Positions 9,745-20,938 of a stretch of 33,800 bases of DNA are shown here, in pieces. Position numbers and translations under genes: made by a program. Location of the stretch: NCBI GenBank assembly GCA_046590885.1, contig JBKJTS010000105.1, positions 1 through 33,800 of the forward strand, read 5' to 3'. The notes under the pieces were generated by a model that ran no database searches, was not told where the DNA came from, and was given only the letters and a program-made list of their open reading frames with translations. Position 1 is the first letter of the stretch. Each line of letters begins with the position of its first letter. The DNA comes from Gammaproteobacteria bacterium (lineage in GTDB: Bacteria > Pseudomonadota > Gammaproteobacteria > Ga0077554 > Ga007554).

Positions 9745-12015
9745 ATGACTAAGCCGACAACTAATAACGCAGCAATAAATTTTGAAGGTGTCGAGCGCCA
9801 GCCGCTCAAGACATTCACTGAGAAAGCGTATCTGGATTATTCCATGTATGTGATTCTTGATCGTGCTTTGCCGCATATTGGCGACGGACTCAAGCCCGTG
9901 CAGCGCCGTATTATCTATGCGATGTCTGAGCTGGGTTTGTCAGCCGCCGCCAAACACAAAAAATCGGCACGTACCATCGGTGACGTGCTGGGTAAATTCC
10001 ATCCGCATGGTGATGTGGCGTGTTATGAAGCCATGGTGCTGATGGCGCAACCGTTTTCATACCGTTATCCACTGGTCGATGGCCAAGGTAACTGGGGTTC
10101 ACCTGATGATCCCAAATCATTTGCCGCGATGCGTTACACCGAAGCACGGCTGGGGCGATTTTCCGAAGTGTTGCTGGCTGAGTTGGGGCAGGGCACTATT
10201 GAATGGGTGCCGAACTTTGACGCCACCCTAGAAGAGCCTGCCTTGCTGCCTGCACGTTTGCCGCATGTGTTACTGAATGGTACCACAGGTATTGCCGTGG
10301 GCATGGCCACCGATATTCCACCACATAACGCGCGTGAGATTGCCGCTGCGTGCATTCTTTTGCTTGATGAGCCTAACGCTTCTATCGAAAAATTGTGTGA
10401 ACATGTTAATGGCCCCGATTACCCCACGGATGCTGAAATAATCACGCCCCGCGCTGACATACTGCGTATGTATCATACTGGCAACGGCAGCATGCGCATG
10501 CGCGCGCGCTACGAAAAGGAAGGGGATGGCATTGTCATCACTGCTTTGCCTCACCAGGTGTCAGGCGCTAAAATATTAGAGCAGATTGCCGCTCAAATGA
10601 ATGCCAAGAAGCTGCCCATGGTAGAAGATTTGCGCGATGAGTCAGATCATGAAAACCTCACGCGCCTGGTGATTGTGCCGCGTTCCAATCGTGTCGATCT
10701 GGAAGCGTTGATGAATCATCTGTTTGCCACCACTGATCTTGAGCGCAGCTACCGCGTTAACCTGAATATGATCGGTATTAATGGCCGGCCACAGGTTAAA
10801 AATCTGCGTGATATTTTAAGTGAATGGTTAACTTTCCGTACCACAACGGTGCGGCGTCGCTTGCAATATCGTCTCGATAAGGTAGTGCAACGCCTGCATA
10901 TTCTGGATGGTTTGCTAATTGCTTATCTGAATCTGGACGAAGTGATTGCCATTATTCGTTACGAAGATCAACCCAAGCCAGCGTTAATACACCGCTTTTC
11001 TCTCAGTGATACGCAAGCTGAATCGATTCTTGAATTAAAATTACGTCATTTGGCCAAACTGGAAGAGATGAAGATTCGTGGCGAGCAGAATGAGCTAGCT
11101 ATAGAGCGCGATGGTCTGGAAAAAACTCTGGGGTCGGCACAGCGTCTCAAAACACTTATTCGCAAAGAAATCATCGCCGATGCAGAAAAGTACGGTGATA
11201 CGCGACGTTCAGCGATTGTCGAACGTCTGCCTGCACAAGCCATGGATGAAACGGCGCTGATTTCTACCGAGCCGGTAACAGTGATTCTTTCTGAAAGAGG
11301 CTGGGTGCGATCTGCCAAGGGGCATGATGTCGATGCAGCAACACTGAGTTATAAGGCGGGGGATACCTTCCTGGCTGCCGCCACAGGTCGTAGCAACCAG
11401 CTTGTGCTGTTTTTTGATTCGACAGGGCGGAGTTATTCGGTTCCGGCGCACACCTTGCCATCAGCACGCGGCCAGGGTGAACCGTTGACAGGTCGTGTCA
11501 ACCCGCCAGCGGGGGCAATATTCACTGGCATTATCATGGGTAATCCGGATGAGCTGTATGTAATTGCCAGTGATGCGGGCTATGGATTCGTGACCAAAAT
11601 CGAAGATCTCTATGCCAAAAACAAAAACGGCAAGACAGTTTTAGGTGTGCCGGATGGTGCGCGTGTATTGCCACCCCTGCTTATTACGCAAAAGGGTACG
11701 GATAACATTGCGGTAATTACTAATGCCGGGCGATTATTGCTGCACCCTGTAAGTGAGTTACCCATGCTCAGCAAAGGTAAGGGCAATAAAATTATCAGCC
11801 TCGCAACCTCGGCGGGCGCCGTACGTGAAGAGTATATAACTTCGATGATTATTCTCCCGCGTAAAGCATACTTGACGCTTCACGTTGGCCAAAAACAGCA
11901 TATCCTCAAATCGGCTGATTTGGCACAGTATCTGGGTGAACGGGGACGTCGCGGCATTTTATTGCCTAAGGCGATGCAGCGCGTAAGCAAGATTAGTGTT
12001 GAAGAAAAGAAGTAG
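9745..12015 (+). CDS. parC: DNA topoisomerase IV subunit A
   Basis: '[27 protein letters not shown]', 'HPHGD', catalytic 'AAMRYTE'; 756 aa is ParC-sized. Confidence 0.96.
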   Translation: MTKPTTNNAAINFEGVERQPLKTFTEKAYLDYSMYVILDRALPHIGDGLKPVQRRIIYAMSELGLSAAAKHKKSARTIGDVLGKFHPHGDVACYEAMVLMAQPFSYRYPLVDGQGNWGSPDDPKSFAAMRYTEARLGRFSEVLLAELGQGTIEWVPNFDATLEEPALLPARLPHVLLNGTTGIAVGMATDIPPHNAREIAAACILLLDEPNASIEKLCEHVNGPDYPTDAEIITPRADILRMYHTGNGSMRMRARYEKEGDGIVITALPHQVSGAKILEQIAAQMNAKKLPMVEDLRDESDHENLTRLVIVPRSNRVDLEALMNHLFATTDLERSYRVNLNMIGINGRPQVKNLRDILSEWLTFRTTTVRRRLQYRLDKVVQRLHILDGLLIAYLNLDEVIAIIRYEDQPKPALIHRFSLSDTQAESILELKLRHLAKLEEMKIRGEQNELAIERDGLEKTLGSAQRLKTLIRKEIIADAEKYGDTRRSAIVERLPAQAMDETALISTEPVTVILSERGWVRSAKGHDVDAATLSYKAGDTFLAAATGRSNQLVLFFDSTGRSYSVPAHTLPSARGQGEPLTGRVNPPAGAIFTGIIMGNPDELYVIASDAGYGFVTKIEDLYAKNKNGKTVLGVPDGARVLPPLLITQKGTDNIAVITNAGRLLLHPVSELPMLSKGKGNKIISLATSAGAVREEYITSMIILPRKAYLTLHVGQKQHILKSADLAQYLGERGRRGILLPKAMQRVSKISVEEKK

Positions 12016-12485
12016 AGCCAGGTTTTCTTGATTCTGTACTGTCACTTCAATCGAAATGACAAAACATCTGGGTATTGTAAGATGCTGGCGGTATAGCCTA
12101 TGCAATTGCCCATGTTCACTGCAGCTGGGCAAAGAAAAGATAAGCCGCCACCCGCTTGGGCCATCACTGCAACCCGCAGCTGAACTGACGGCGAATGGAT
12201 AGGCAATTATAAAAATGGCGAGTGCTGCGGTGCAAAATCCTGTGTCGGTGAGGTCGTTTTTATAAGTTGCGGCAAGGATAGACAAGACTTAAAGGCACCA
12301 TTAATAATAATAATATCCTTTATTATTATCTATAATATCATTATTAATGTTATTTATTAACTTAATAGCAGACGTATGGTGTTTATTAGTTGCCGCTATT
12401 TTTCTCAATATCTCTCTGTGATACCCTGCCCGAAAAGGTTATGCTCTGTCAATTTTGCATCTGAAATACCGATTGGCGAATTCGT

Positions 12486-15254
12486 GTGAATCCAACTGAT
12501 TTCTTTCCGGCACTTGAACAGGGTGGCACCCTTCTTACAGCTAATCAACGTTTGGCCCGCTCTCTGCGCCAGGAATTTCATGTATATCAGCAAACATTGG
12601 GGCATAGCGTGTGGGCGACCCCGGATATCTTGCCATTATCGACTTGGTGGGAACGGTGCTGGAGTGAAATATTAGAGATCAAGCCCGTCAATAGTGTGCC
12701 TGGCGTGTTAACGTCCTATCAACAACAAGCGTTGTGGGAGCGGATCATAGCTGAATCTGCAGAAGGTCAACGCTTGCTGCAGGTATCCACGGCTGCAGAA
12801 AATGCTGCAGCAGCGTGGGCTTTGCTCAAGCAATGGCGCATTACGCTGGAAAGCGCTGCCGGCCTGTTTCAGGGCACGGCAAATGCCGATAATCATGCCT
12901 TTGCACAGTGGGCACAACGCTTCGAACGATTATGCAAAAAAAATGCGTGGCTCGATAGCGCGACGTTGCCGGATGCCGTAATCCCCCACATTAAATCAGG
13001 CACATTACCCTTGCCTGCACATCTGGGCTTCGCAGGTTTTGACGAATTTACGCCGCAACAACAATATTTATTGCAATCCTTATCTGTGGCAGGTACCCAC
13101 GTTACACAGATTGTCGCGCCAGAAAATCTCAATGCCAGCGTGGTACGTTGTGGATGCGCTGATGGGCGCGCCGAGATTATTACTGCTGCCCGCTGGGCGC
13201 GCCATTTGCTGGAGCACGATGCTTCACTTGCCGTTGCTGTGGTCATTCCCGAATTAAGTGCGGTGCGCGAAACAGTAATACGCACCTTTGATGAGGTTTT
13301 TTGCCCTGCGAATAACTTGCCTGACACGCCTCAAGCCATCACTCCCTATAATATTTCCTTAGGCACTGCGTTGCTGGATGAACCTATTATTTATACTGCA
13401 CTCCTGATCCTGGAATTTGCCAATGGAAAATTAGCACTGGAAAAAATGGGGAGTCTACTGCGTTCGCCATTTTTGGCAGACGCAGAGCAGGAAATGACAT
13501 CTCGTGCGTTATTGGATGCACGATTGCGCCGCGCAGGTAATACACAGGTGTCACTCGATGCGCTGCGCTATTACGCTACGCACAATAATGCAATTGGCAT
13601 AGAGAATACGTATGCATGCCCGCTGCTTGCGAATCGCTTGGTAAAGTGGGCAGAAGTCATCAGACCTTTATCTGCTATGACGCCTACTATGGTAAAGACA
13701 CTACAAGTGCCCAGTAAATGGGTGGCGCTCTTTACCCGGTTATTGGCCTGTGCAGGCTGGCCGGGCGAGCGGTCGCTAGATAGCCGGGAATATCAGGCAC
13801 ACATGGCATGGCGTACCTTGCTGTCTGATTATGCCCTATTGGATGCGGCGACAGGCAGACAGACGTTGAGTGAAGCGGTGGGGCATCTGCGCCATATGGC
13901 AGCGGTTACACTGTTCCAGCCGCAAAGTGCGGAGACGCCGATTCAAATTATGGGATTGCTGGAAACAGCGGGACTGCATTTTGATTATTTGTGGATTATG
14001 GGTTTGCATGATGGCGCCTGGCCAGAGTCAGCGCGCCCCAATCCTTTTTTACCCTTAGCACTGCAACGCCAGCATAATCTGCCACACGCTTCCGCAGCGC
14101 GTGAATTAGGGTTCGCACAACAGATTACGCAACGTCTTTTCAGCAGTGCAAAACACGTCATTGTCAGTTACCCGCAACAAGATGCGGATCGTGAACTGCA
14201 TCCATCACCTTTAATCCGTTCACTGCGGGAAGTGGCGCTGCAAGATTTAGTTATGGACAACACGCCATGGTATGCACAGCTCATCCATCAAAGAGCAAGG
14301 CAAAGCGCAAGACTGGAAATTTTTAAAGATGATACAGCGCCGCCGTTGGATGTTGGCACTGTGGTTGCCGGTGGCACCGACGTTTTTAAACAACAAGCCG
14401 CTTGTCCCTTTCGCGCCTTTGCCAGATACCGTTTGGGCGCGCAGCCCTTAAATCAGGTGGGAATAGGCTTGAATGCCAGTGAACGCGGGAAATTACTGCA
14501 TGCCGTGATGGAAGCTGTATGGAAAACCGTGCAATCCCACGCAATATTGTGCCACACGCCTGAAGAAGAATTACAGCGTGTTATCAGGGAGGCAGTGGCG
14601 GGGGTTATAAATAAAATGGCGCATAACCGTCAGTTTACTTTTTCTGCAAAATTCACAATGCTGGAAAAATCCCGTCTGGAAAAACTTCTTACTGACTGGA
14701 TGCTGCTGGAAAAAAAACGCAGTCCGTTCATGGTGTTTCAGACAGAACAGGAACGCCTGATTAAAATAGGTGGGCTTGCGTTTAATGCCCGCATTGATCG
14801 CATTGATGAGTTACCAGATGGCCGCCATATTATTATTGACTATAAAACGGGAAAGGCGGAGCCACAACAATGGTTTGGAGACCGGCCAGATGAGCCGCAA
14901 TTACCATTATATGCGATATCAGATACACATCCGGTAGCGGGATTAGCTTTTGCTCAATTACGTGTTGGAGATCTGTGTTTTAAAGGATTCAGTGACACCG
15001 AAGGCATTATTCCCAGCGTAAAAGAATTTGGTAGTGTTAAAAACGCGCCTGCTGTTAACTGGCCCGATCAATTCAATGAGTGGCGTCGGGTATTAGAGCA
15101 TTTAGCCGAAGCATTCCGTACTGGTAATGCACCAGTTGATCCAAAAAAACCGGGAATTACCTGCCAATATTGTGAATTAACTGCATTATGCCGTATTCAT
15201 GAACATGATGATTTAGGGCTAACGCCCGAAGCACAGGAAGATGATGATGGTTGA
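12486..15254 (+). CDS. AddB-like DNA repair protein: inactive helicase-like scaffold plus PD-(D/E)XK nuclease with 4-Cys Fe-S staple
   Basis: GTG start. C-terminal 'AACPFRAF', 'RIDRID', 'IIDYKTG', 'PQLPLYA', 'CQYCELTALC'. No canonical Walker A. Overlaps the downstream helicase gene. Confidence 0.85.
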   Translation: MNPTDFFPALEQGGTLLTANQRLARSLRQEFHVYQQTLGHSVWATPDILPLSTWWERCWSEILEIKPVNSVPGVLTSYQQQALWERIIAESAEGQRLLQVSTAAENAAAAWALLKQWRITLESAAGLFQGTANADNHAFAQWAQRFERLCKKNAWLDSATLPDAVIPHIKSGTLPLPAHLGFAGFDEFTPQQQYLLQSLSVAGTHVTQIVAPENLNASVVRCGCADGRAEIITAARWARHLLEHDASLAVAVVIPELSAVRETVIRTFDEVFCPANNLPDTPQAITPYNISLGTALLDEPIIYTALLILEFANGKLALEKMGSLLRSPFLADAEQEMTSRALLDARLRRAGNTQVSLDALRYYATHNNAIGIENTYACPLLANRLVKWAEVIRPLSAMTPTMVKTLQVPSKWVALFTRLLACAGWPGERSLDSREYQAHMAWRTLLSDYALLDAATGRQTLSEAVGHLRHMAAVTLFQPQSAETPIQIMGLLETAGLHFDYLWIMGLHDGAWPESARPNPFLPLALQRQHNLPHASAARELGFAQQITQRLFSSAKHVIVSYPQQDADRELHPSPLIRSLREVALQDLVMDNTPWYAQLIHQRARQSARLEIFKDDTAPPLDVGTVVAGGTDVFKQQAACPFRAFARYRLGAQPLNQVGIGLNASERGKLLHAVMEAVWKTVQSHAILCHTPEEELQRVIREAVAGVINKMAHNRQFTFSAKFTMLEKSRLEKLLTDWMLLEKKRSPFMVFQTEQERLIKIGGLAFNARIDRIDELPDGRHIIIDYKTGKAEPQQWFGDRPDEPQLPLYAISDTHPVAGLAFAQLRVGDLCFKGFSDTEGIIPSVKEFGSVKNAPAVNWPDQFNEWRRVLEHLAEAFRTGNAPVDPKKPGITCQYCELTALCRIHEHDDLGLTPEAQEDDDG

Positions 15255-18200
15255 TGCATCAGTCCCCGTCGATTCCACGCAGCGTCTTGAAGCCTTAGAC
15301 CCACAACGTTCATTCATCGTGCAGGCACCGGCGGGTTCCGGAAAAACCAGCCTTTTAACGCAACGTTATCTGACGTTGCTTGCGCATGTGCATCATCCGG
15401 AGGAAATCATTGCGATTACATTTACCCGCAAAGCCGCTGCGGAAATGCGCAATCGGATTATTGAAGCATTAAACAAGGCATGTGAAATGGCTCCTGCCAC
15501 TGAACATGAACGTCATACATGGGGGCTTGCCAGGGCAGTACTGGCGCGCGATGCACACAGTGGGTGGAATCTGCTTGCGCATCCGGCGCGCCTGCGCATT
15601 CAAACCATAGATGCGTTATGTAATACCTTAACGCGACAAATGCCGCTACTGTCAAATTTTGGCGCCGTTCCCGTCACTACCACAGACATGGCTGATCTTT
15701 ATCGTGAAGCGGCGCGCGAAACATTGGCATTACTCGAAACTGGAGAACGATGGTCACTTGCCATTGAGCGTTTACTAATACATCTGGATAACGATTTTGT
15801 TTTGGTAGAAGGCTTATTGGCTAATATGCTGGAAAAGCGTGATCAGTGGTTGCGACATATTACCACCGGCACAGCCGATCGTGTCCAACAGCGCAAGATG
15901 TTAGAAAAAGCCTTTTATCATACAATAAAAGATGCACTGGTAAATGCCTGCCATCATCTGCATGATCATTTACCTCTGGGCACGGTACATCAACTTCTTG
16001 AATTAATGCGCTACGCGGCTTCTAACCCATTGCCTGAAAAAAATTTTTCCATTCAAGTTCTGCAAAATTGTGATTCTTTTCCGAGAGCCGATATTGCCGA
16101 TTTGCCTGCCTGGCTCGGCATCGCTACATTGTTATTAACAGACAAAGGAACCTGGCGCAAGCAAGCCGATAAAAATATTGGTTTTCCTGCGCCTGACAGC
16201 GAGAAAGATCGCAACGCCGCGTCGCGTAAAAAAATTAAGGACCGTTTTAAACTATTGCTGGATAATTTTTCACAAAACAACGACGGTTTGCGTGTTGCAT
16301 TAAATTATTTGCGTTGTTTGCCCTCCATGCAATATAACAATAATCAGTGGGATATCATGGAAGCCCTGCTGGACCTTCTGCCCGTGGCGGTTGCGCAATT
16401 GCAGATAGTATTTCGGGACAGAAGTCAGGTGGACTTCAGTGAAGTAGCGCAACGCGCTACGCAGGCATTGGGTTCACCCGATAATCCTACGGATCTGGCC
16501 TTGGCGCTCGATTATCGTATTCAACACTTATTGGTAGACGAATTTCAGGACACTTCCTTTGGGCAATATCAACTATTGGAACGTCTCACAGCAGGTTGGC
16601 AACAAGGTGATGGGCGCACCCTGTTTTTAGTCGGCGATCCCATGCAGTCCATTTATCGCTTTCGAGAGGCTGAAGTGGGCCTGTTCCTGCGCGCCCGTGA
16701 ATACGGTGTGGGGGATGTGAAACTTGAGCCCTTAACCCTGCGGGTTAATTTTCGCTCCCAGGCGGGTATTGTTGAATGGGTTAATCACGCATTCAAACTG
16801 ATTTTTCCTGCAGATGAAAATATCTCAAGCGGTGCTGTTACCTATAGCCCTTCAACAGCCGCTCATCTGGCGGAGAATGGCATTGCAATACACATGCATC
16901 CTTGTTTCGAAAAAAATTCATCTGCCGAGGCTGTAAAAGTAATCGCGCTTATTGAGCAAGCCCGTAATATCAACCCGGCTGAAAAAATTGCGATTCTGGT
17001 GCGTGCACGCAGTCATTTAACCGATATTGTCTCTGCATTGCAGGCGGCAGGGTTACGTTATCGGGCTATTGAAATCGAAAATCTGGGACACCGTCCCGTA
17101 GTGCAGGACCTATTAACCTTGACGCGTGCGCTATTGAACCCCGCCGATCGTATTGCCTGGTTAGCGATTCTGCGTGCCCCCTGGTGTGGCTTGACGCTTG
17201 CGGATTTGCATGCGCTGGTCGCTATGCCGCAACCTGGCAGAGTTCTATTCGATGTAATAAACACTGCTACGCAGCTTAGTGAGAGTCCGCTCACTATGGA
17301 CGGCCAGGCGCGGCTTGCCCGTATACAAAAAATATTGCAGCCCGGGCTTGTGCAGCGTCGCCGTCAGCCTTTGCGACGCTGGGTAGAGGGGATCTGGCTT
17401 GCTTTAGGTGGGCCCGCCTGTGTAGAAGATGAAACTGATCTGGAAGATGCCGCAGTATTTTTTGATTTATTGTCACAGATGCAACGTGGTGGAGATATTG
17501 AAAATATTTCCCGTCTGGAAGAACAGCTTGTCAGACTGTTTGCATTGCCGGATCGGGAAGCGGATGAGTCCTTGCAGCTCATGACCATCCATAAAGCTAA
17601 AGGTCTGGAGTTTGATGTCGTCATTGTGCCAGGCTTAGCACGGTGCATGCCATCGGACCAAGATCGTTTGCTACGATGGATGGAGCGGCCTGCCGCGCCC
17701 CGGACAGATCACAGGCGAGACCACATCGCGGTGCCACACGAAGAGAGTGATCTGCTGCTTGCGCCAATCAAAGCGCGCGGGCAAAAAGAAGATGCCATCT
17801 ATGCTTATTTGAAATATGTTGATCACCAAAAACAAAACTATGAAACTGCGCGGTTATTGTATGTCGCTACTACCCGCGCCAGAAAAATCTTGCATTTGCT
17901 TGGGTCTGTCACCGTGAACAAAAAAGATGGCAGCATTAAAATTCCCGCACGGGGTTCTTTACTTAGTCAGTTGTGGCCAGTCGTTGAAACAGAGTTTGTA
18001 AAAAAAATCCCTGAAAATATCAGTATAAATGAGCATGGAAATGAACCATCCGCATTCCCGTCTGGCCGGGGTTTACGGCGGCTCAGTGCCAATTGGCACT
18101 TACCCGAGGCACCGCCTCATGTTATAACAAGGGCAAGTCAGTTATCCTTGCCTGCGATGCCATTGGAAGACATTGAGTTTCTCTGGGCCAGCGATAAAGC

Positions 18201-18741
18201 ACGGCACATTGGTACGGTAGTGCATCGCATGTTACGACAAATTGCTCAGCAGGGCATTTCTGTCTGGAACAACACTTCTCCGGAAATGCAGCAGCGTCGT
18301 TACCAGGCCATGCTGCTTCAGCTAGGGGTTATTCCAGTCGAGAAAGGGGCAGAACTTGAAGATGCCGTACAACGTGTCACAACCGCGCTGCAATGCACCC
18401 TGAACGATGACCGTGGCCGTTGGATAGTGGATCAACAGCACCACGATGCGCGCTGTGAATATGCACTGAGCGGGCTAATTCAAGGGAAGCTCACCAATAT
18501 TATCATTGACCGCACCTTTATCGACGCACAAGGCATACGCTGGATTATTGATTACAAAACTGGAAGTCACGAAGGAAGCAATATTAACGCTTTTTTGGAC
18601 AATGAACAAAATCGCTATTATGGACAATTAGAAAAATATGCCGCGCTCATGCAACAGTGGGATAAAACACACGCCATCCGCCTGGGGCTTTATTTTCCCT
18701 TGATCGGCGCATGGCGTGAGTGGGCACATCATCCCGAGTAA
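15241..18741 (+). CDS. AddA-like UvrD/SF1A helicase with C-terminal RecB-type nuclease
   Basis: APAGSGKT, 'ITFTRKAAAEM', 'LVDEFQDT', 'VGDPMQSIYRFR', 'MTIHKAKGLEF', 'LLYVATTRAR'; nuclease segment 'IIDRTF...WIIDYKTG...QLEKY'. Confidence 0.9.
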   Translation: MMMVDASVPVDSTQRLEALDPQRSFIVQAPAGSGKTSLLTQRYLTLLAHVHHPEEIIAITFTRKAAAEMRNRIIEALNKACEMAPATEHERHTWGLARAVLARDAHSGWNLLAHPARLRIQTIDALCNTLTRQMPLLSNFGAVPVTTTDMADLYREAARETLALLETGERWSLAIERLLIHLDNDFVLVEGLLANMLEKRDQWLRHITTGTADRVQQRKMLEKAFYHTIKDALVNACHHLHDHLPLGTVHQLLELMRYAASNPLPEKNFSIQVLQNCDSFPRADIADLPAWLGIATLLLTDKGTWRKQADKNIGFPAPDSEKDRNAASRKKIKDRFKLLLDNFSQNNDGLRVALNYLRCLPSMQYNNNQWDIMEALLDLLPVAVAQLQIVFRDRSQVDFSEVAQRATQALGSPDNPTDLALALDYRIQHLLVDEFQDTSFGQYQLLERLTAGWQQGDGRTLFLVGDPMQSIYRFREAEVGLFLRAREYGVGDVKLEPLTLRVNFRSQAGIVEWVNHAFKLIFPADENISSGAVTYSPSTAAHLAENGIAIHMHPCFEKNSSAEAVKVIALIEQARNINPAEKIAILVRARSHLTDIVSALQAAGLRYRAIEIENLGHRPVVQDLLTLTRALLNPADRIAWLAILRAPWCGLTLADLHALVAMPQPGRVLFDVINTATQLSESPLTMDGQARLARIQKILQPGLVQRRRQPLRRWVEGIWLALGGPACVEDETDLEDAAVFFDLLSQMQRGGDIENISRLEEQLVRLFALPDREADESLQLMTIHKAKGLEFDVVIVPGLARCMPSDQDRLLRWMERPAAPRTDHRRDHIAVPHEESDLLLAPIKARGQKEDAIYAYLKYVDHQKQNYETARLLYVATTRARKILHLLGSVTVNKKDGSIKIPARGSLLSQLWPVVETEFVKKIPENISINEHGNEPSAFPSGRGLRRLSANWHLPEAPPHVITRASQLSLPAMPLEDIEFLWASDKARHIGTVVHRMLRQIAQQGISVWNNTSPEMQQRRYQAMLLQLGVIPVEKGAELEDAVQRVTTALQCTLNDDRGRWIVDQQHHDARCEYALSGLIQGKLTNIIIDRTFIDAQGIRWIIDYKTGSHEGSNINAFLDNEQNRYYGQLEKYAALMQQWDKTHAIRLGLYFPLIGAWREWAHHPE

Positions 18742-19094
18742 TTTCCCGTGATCAATAAATTTATGATACTGGATGTGTGTTTTCGAATGTTAATAAATAT
18801 AACTACCCCTCTTGTGCTCCCACGCTTCCTTAAGCCCAATTATTAAAGACATGCGCGATTATGTTGGCGCACCCATCCAATAAAACCGTGAGGCCAATGG
18901 TTACCAATACGCGCGCGCGGATGATTACCGTTATGAACTTCCGTGCTATGGTTTAATGGTCTTAACTTAATGCATTGCTCACCGTGCAGCAATTACTGAT
19001 CAAGCCCAGCCTGGCTTGCTGGATGCCGCGTAGGTGGCCAGATTTGTTTGGAGTTTGGCAGTCACTTCGGCCTCTGAAAGCTCAAGCCCATTAT

Positions 19095-19182
19095 AATACG
19101 CCGCATTCATCCTGCAGTGAGATAAAGCACACGCCATCTGCCTGGGGCTTACTTTCCCTTAATCGGTTGATGGCGTGCGTGG
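19095..19182 (+). pseudogene. Decayed duplicate of the 3' end of the AddA-like gene
   Basis: Manual alignment to 18635-18723 gives 73/89 identical positions, with a TGG>TGA nonsense change and a 1-nt deletion. Confidence 0.8.
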
Positions 19183-19198
19183 CCGGTCCAGTAATAAC

Positions 19199-19588
19199 TT
19201 AGACCATCCCCTTAAGCGCTTTTAGAGCTTGCACCTTAACAACGGTAGAGGCAGGTTTGGCCTTGAACATCATCTCTTCACCGGTGAAGGGATTTACGCC
19301 CTTGCGTGCCTTCCGTGCCGGTTTGTTCAGAGTTTTGATTTTCACCAGACCAGGCAAGGTAAAAACACCGGCAGCACCTTTTTTAATGTGGCGGCTGATT
19401 ATAGTAGACAGTTCCTGTAATACGGCGGCGGTTTGTTTTTTCGATACACCAGTAGTTTCAGAGAGTGTTGTAAGCAATTGTGACTTGGTCAAGGGCGTGC
19501 GAAAAGCGGTAGTTGCAGCAGGTTTAGCTTTTGCAGTTGTTACGGGCTTTTTCACAGATTGGGTGCTGCTTTTCTTCTTTACGGCCAT
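19199..19588 (-). CDS. HU/IHF (DNABII) family DNA-binding protein with Lys-rich N-terminal extension
   Basis: 'LTKSQLLTTLSETTGVSKKQ' helices and 'FTLPGLVKI...KPARKARKGVNPFTGEEMMFKAKPA' arm; GAGGA SD upstream. Confidence 0.88.
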   Translation of the reverse strand: MAVKKKSSTQSVKKPVTTAKAKPAATTAFRTPLTKSQLLTTLSETTGVSKKQTAAVLQELSTIISRHIKKGAAGVFTLPGLVKIKTLNKPARKARKGVNPFTGEEMMFKAKPASTVVKVQALKALKGMV

Positions 19589-19784
19589 GTATTAATCCTC
19601 GATCATGACTTAAGTTGATTGCCAGGTGAATAACTCTGCGCTTTTTCTTGGAAAAAGCTTGCCGAATAGTAACTGAGATTTTTATAAAAGATCAAGTGGG
19701 TAAGCTTTTATATGATAAAAATTAGCTGTCTGCGTGGTATTATGGAATAATATTGAGGCAGTTTAGTAAAGAACTACGGTACCC

Positions 19785-20870
19785 ATGATTGAAACTGACC
19801 GCTTGATAAACCCCGCCAATCTCCGGGAAGAAGATGTGCTTGATCGCGCAATTCGTCCCACAAAACTGGCAGATTACACTGGCCAACACGCTGTGCGTGA
19901 TCAGATGGAAATATTTATCCATGCCGCGCGAGGCCGGGGTGAGGCGCTGGATCACACGCTTATTTTTGGTCCGCCTGGCTTGGGCAAGACTACCTTAGCG
20001 AATATCATTGCCAATGAAATGGGCGTGAATATTCGTCATACCTCTGGCCCGGTGTTGGAACGTCCAGGTGATTTAGCGGCAATTTTGACGAACCTTGAAC
20101 CCCGTGATGTGCTTTTTATTGATGAAATCCACCGCCTTAGTCCGATCATTGAAGAAACCTTGTATCCCGCCATGGAAGATTATCAGCTCGATATCATGAT
20201 TGGAGAAGGACCTGCTGCGCGTTCCATCAAGCTGGATTTGCCGCCTTTTACGCTGGTGGGTGCCACGACGCGGGCAGGTTCACTTACCTCTCCGCTACGC
20301 GATCGTTTTGGCATTGTGCAGCGTCTGGAATTCTACTCTGTGGCAGACCTCACCACTATTGTTGAGCGCTCAGCGCGCATTTTAGATGTCTCTATCGACC
20401 ACCAGGGCGCGCAAGAAATTGCGCGGCGCGCACGGGGTACACCGCGCATTGCCAATCGCCTGCTCCGGCGCGTGCGTGATTTTGCCCAGGTAAAAGCCGA
20501 TGGCTGTATTATTCAGACCATTGCTGATCGGGCGCTGGATTTACTGGGGGTTGATCTACACGGTTTCGACAATATGGATCGCCGCCTGCTGCTTGCCATT
20601 ATGCAGAAATTCGATGGAGGGCCAGTAGGTGTGGATAGCCTGGCCGCCGCGATTGGCGAAGAGCGCGGCACCATTGAAGACGTACTGGAGCCTTTCCTGA
20701 TTCAACAGGGGTTCATGATGCGCACAGCACGTGGCCGCATGGCGACCCGTCCTGCGTATTTACATTTTGGCCTAAATCCACCAGTACGTGTGCTGATTCC
20801 TGAGGATGGTGCAACCCTCGACCTGTTTAACGACAATCCTGATGACAACCCCAGCGAAGTTGTTAATTGA
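19785..20870 (+). CDS. ruvB: Holliday junction branch-migration ATPase RuvB
   Basis: '[13 protein letters not shown]', GPPGLGKT, 'TSGPVLER', 'FIDEIHR', 'LYPAMEDY', 'LVGATTR', '[16 protein letters not shown]'. Confidence 0.97.
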   Translation: MIETDRLINPANLREEDVLDRAIRPTKLADYTGQHAVRDQMEIFIHAARGRGEALDHTLIFGPPGLGKTTLANIIANEMGVNIRHTSGPVLERPGDLAAILTNLEPRDVLFIDEIHRLSPIIEETLYPAMEDYQLDIMIGEGPAARSIKLDLPPFTLVGATTRAGSLTSPLRDRFGIVQRLEFYSVADLTTIVERSARILDVSIDHQGAQEIARRARGTPRIANRLLRRVRDFAQVKADGCIIQTIADRALDLLGVDLHGFDNMDRRLLLAIMQKFDGGPVGVDSLAAAIGEERGTIEDVLEPFLIQQGFMMRTARGRMATRPAYLHFGLNPPVRVLIPEDGATLDLFNDNPDDNPSEVVN

Positions 20871-20938
20871 AGCCGGGTGCTATTTCACTTCCTGAATCCC
20901 TTAAATTTATCAGGCGGGAGCCACCGCGTGGTGATCTT

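Noticed and set aside
11959-12285. 108-aa minus-strand ORF with a hydrophobic stretch between parC and the AddB-like gene
   Set aside because: TTG start, no SD, overlaps the parC end and has no recognisable motif. A gene remnant cannot be excluded.
12299-12371. Very AT-rich tract with TAA repeats, and a similar tract at 7531-7590
   Set aside because: Low complexity; no DnaA boxes or iterons seen. Best explained as ordinary promoter-region DNA.
18975-19202. 75-aa plus-strand ORF after the AddA-like gene
   Set aside because: It runs through the decayed duplicate, and there is no SD or other coding evidence.
19257-19595. 112-aa ORF antisense to the HU-family gene, and similar shadow ORFs over rbr, wzt, ftsH and parC
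   Set aside because: Antisense or alternative-frame shadows of well-supported genes.
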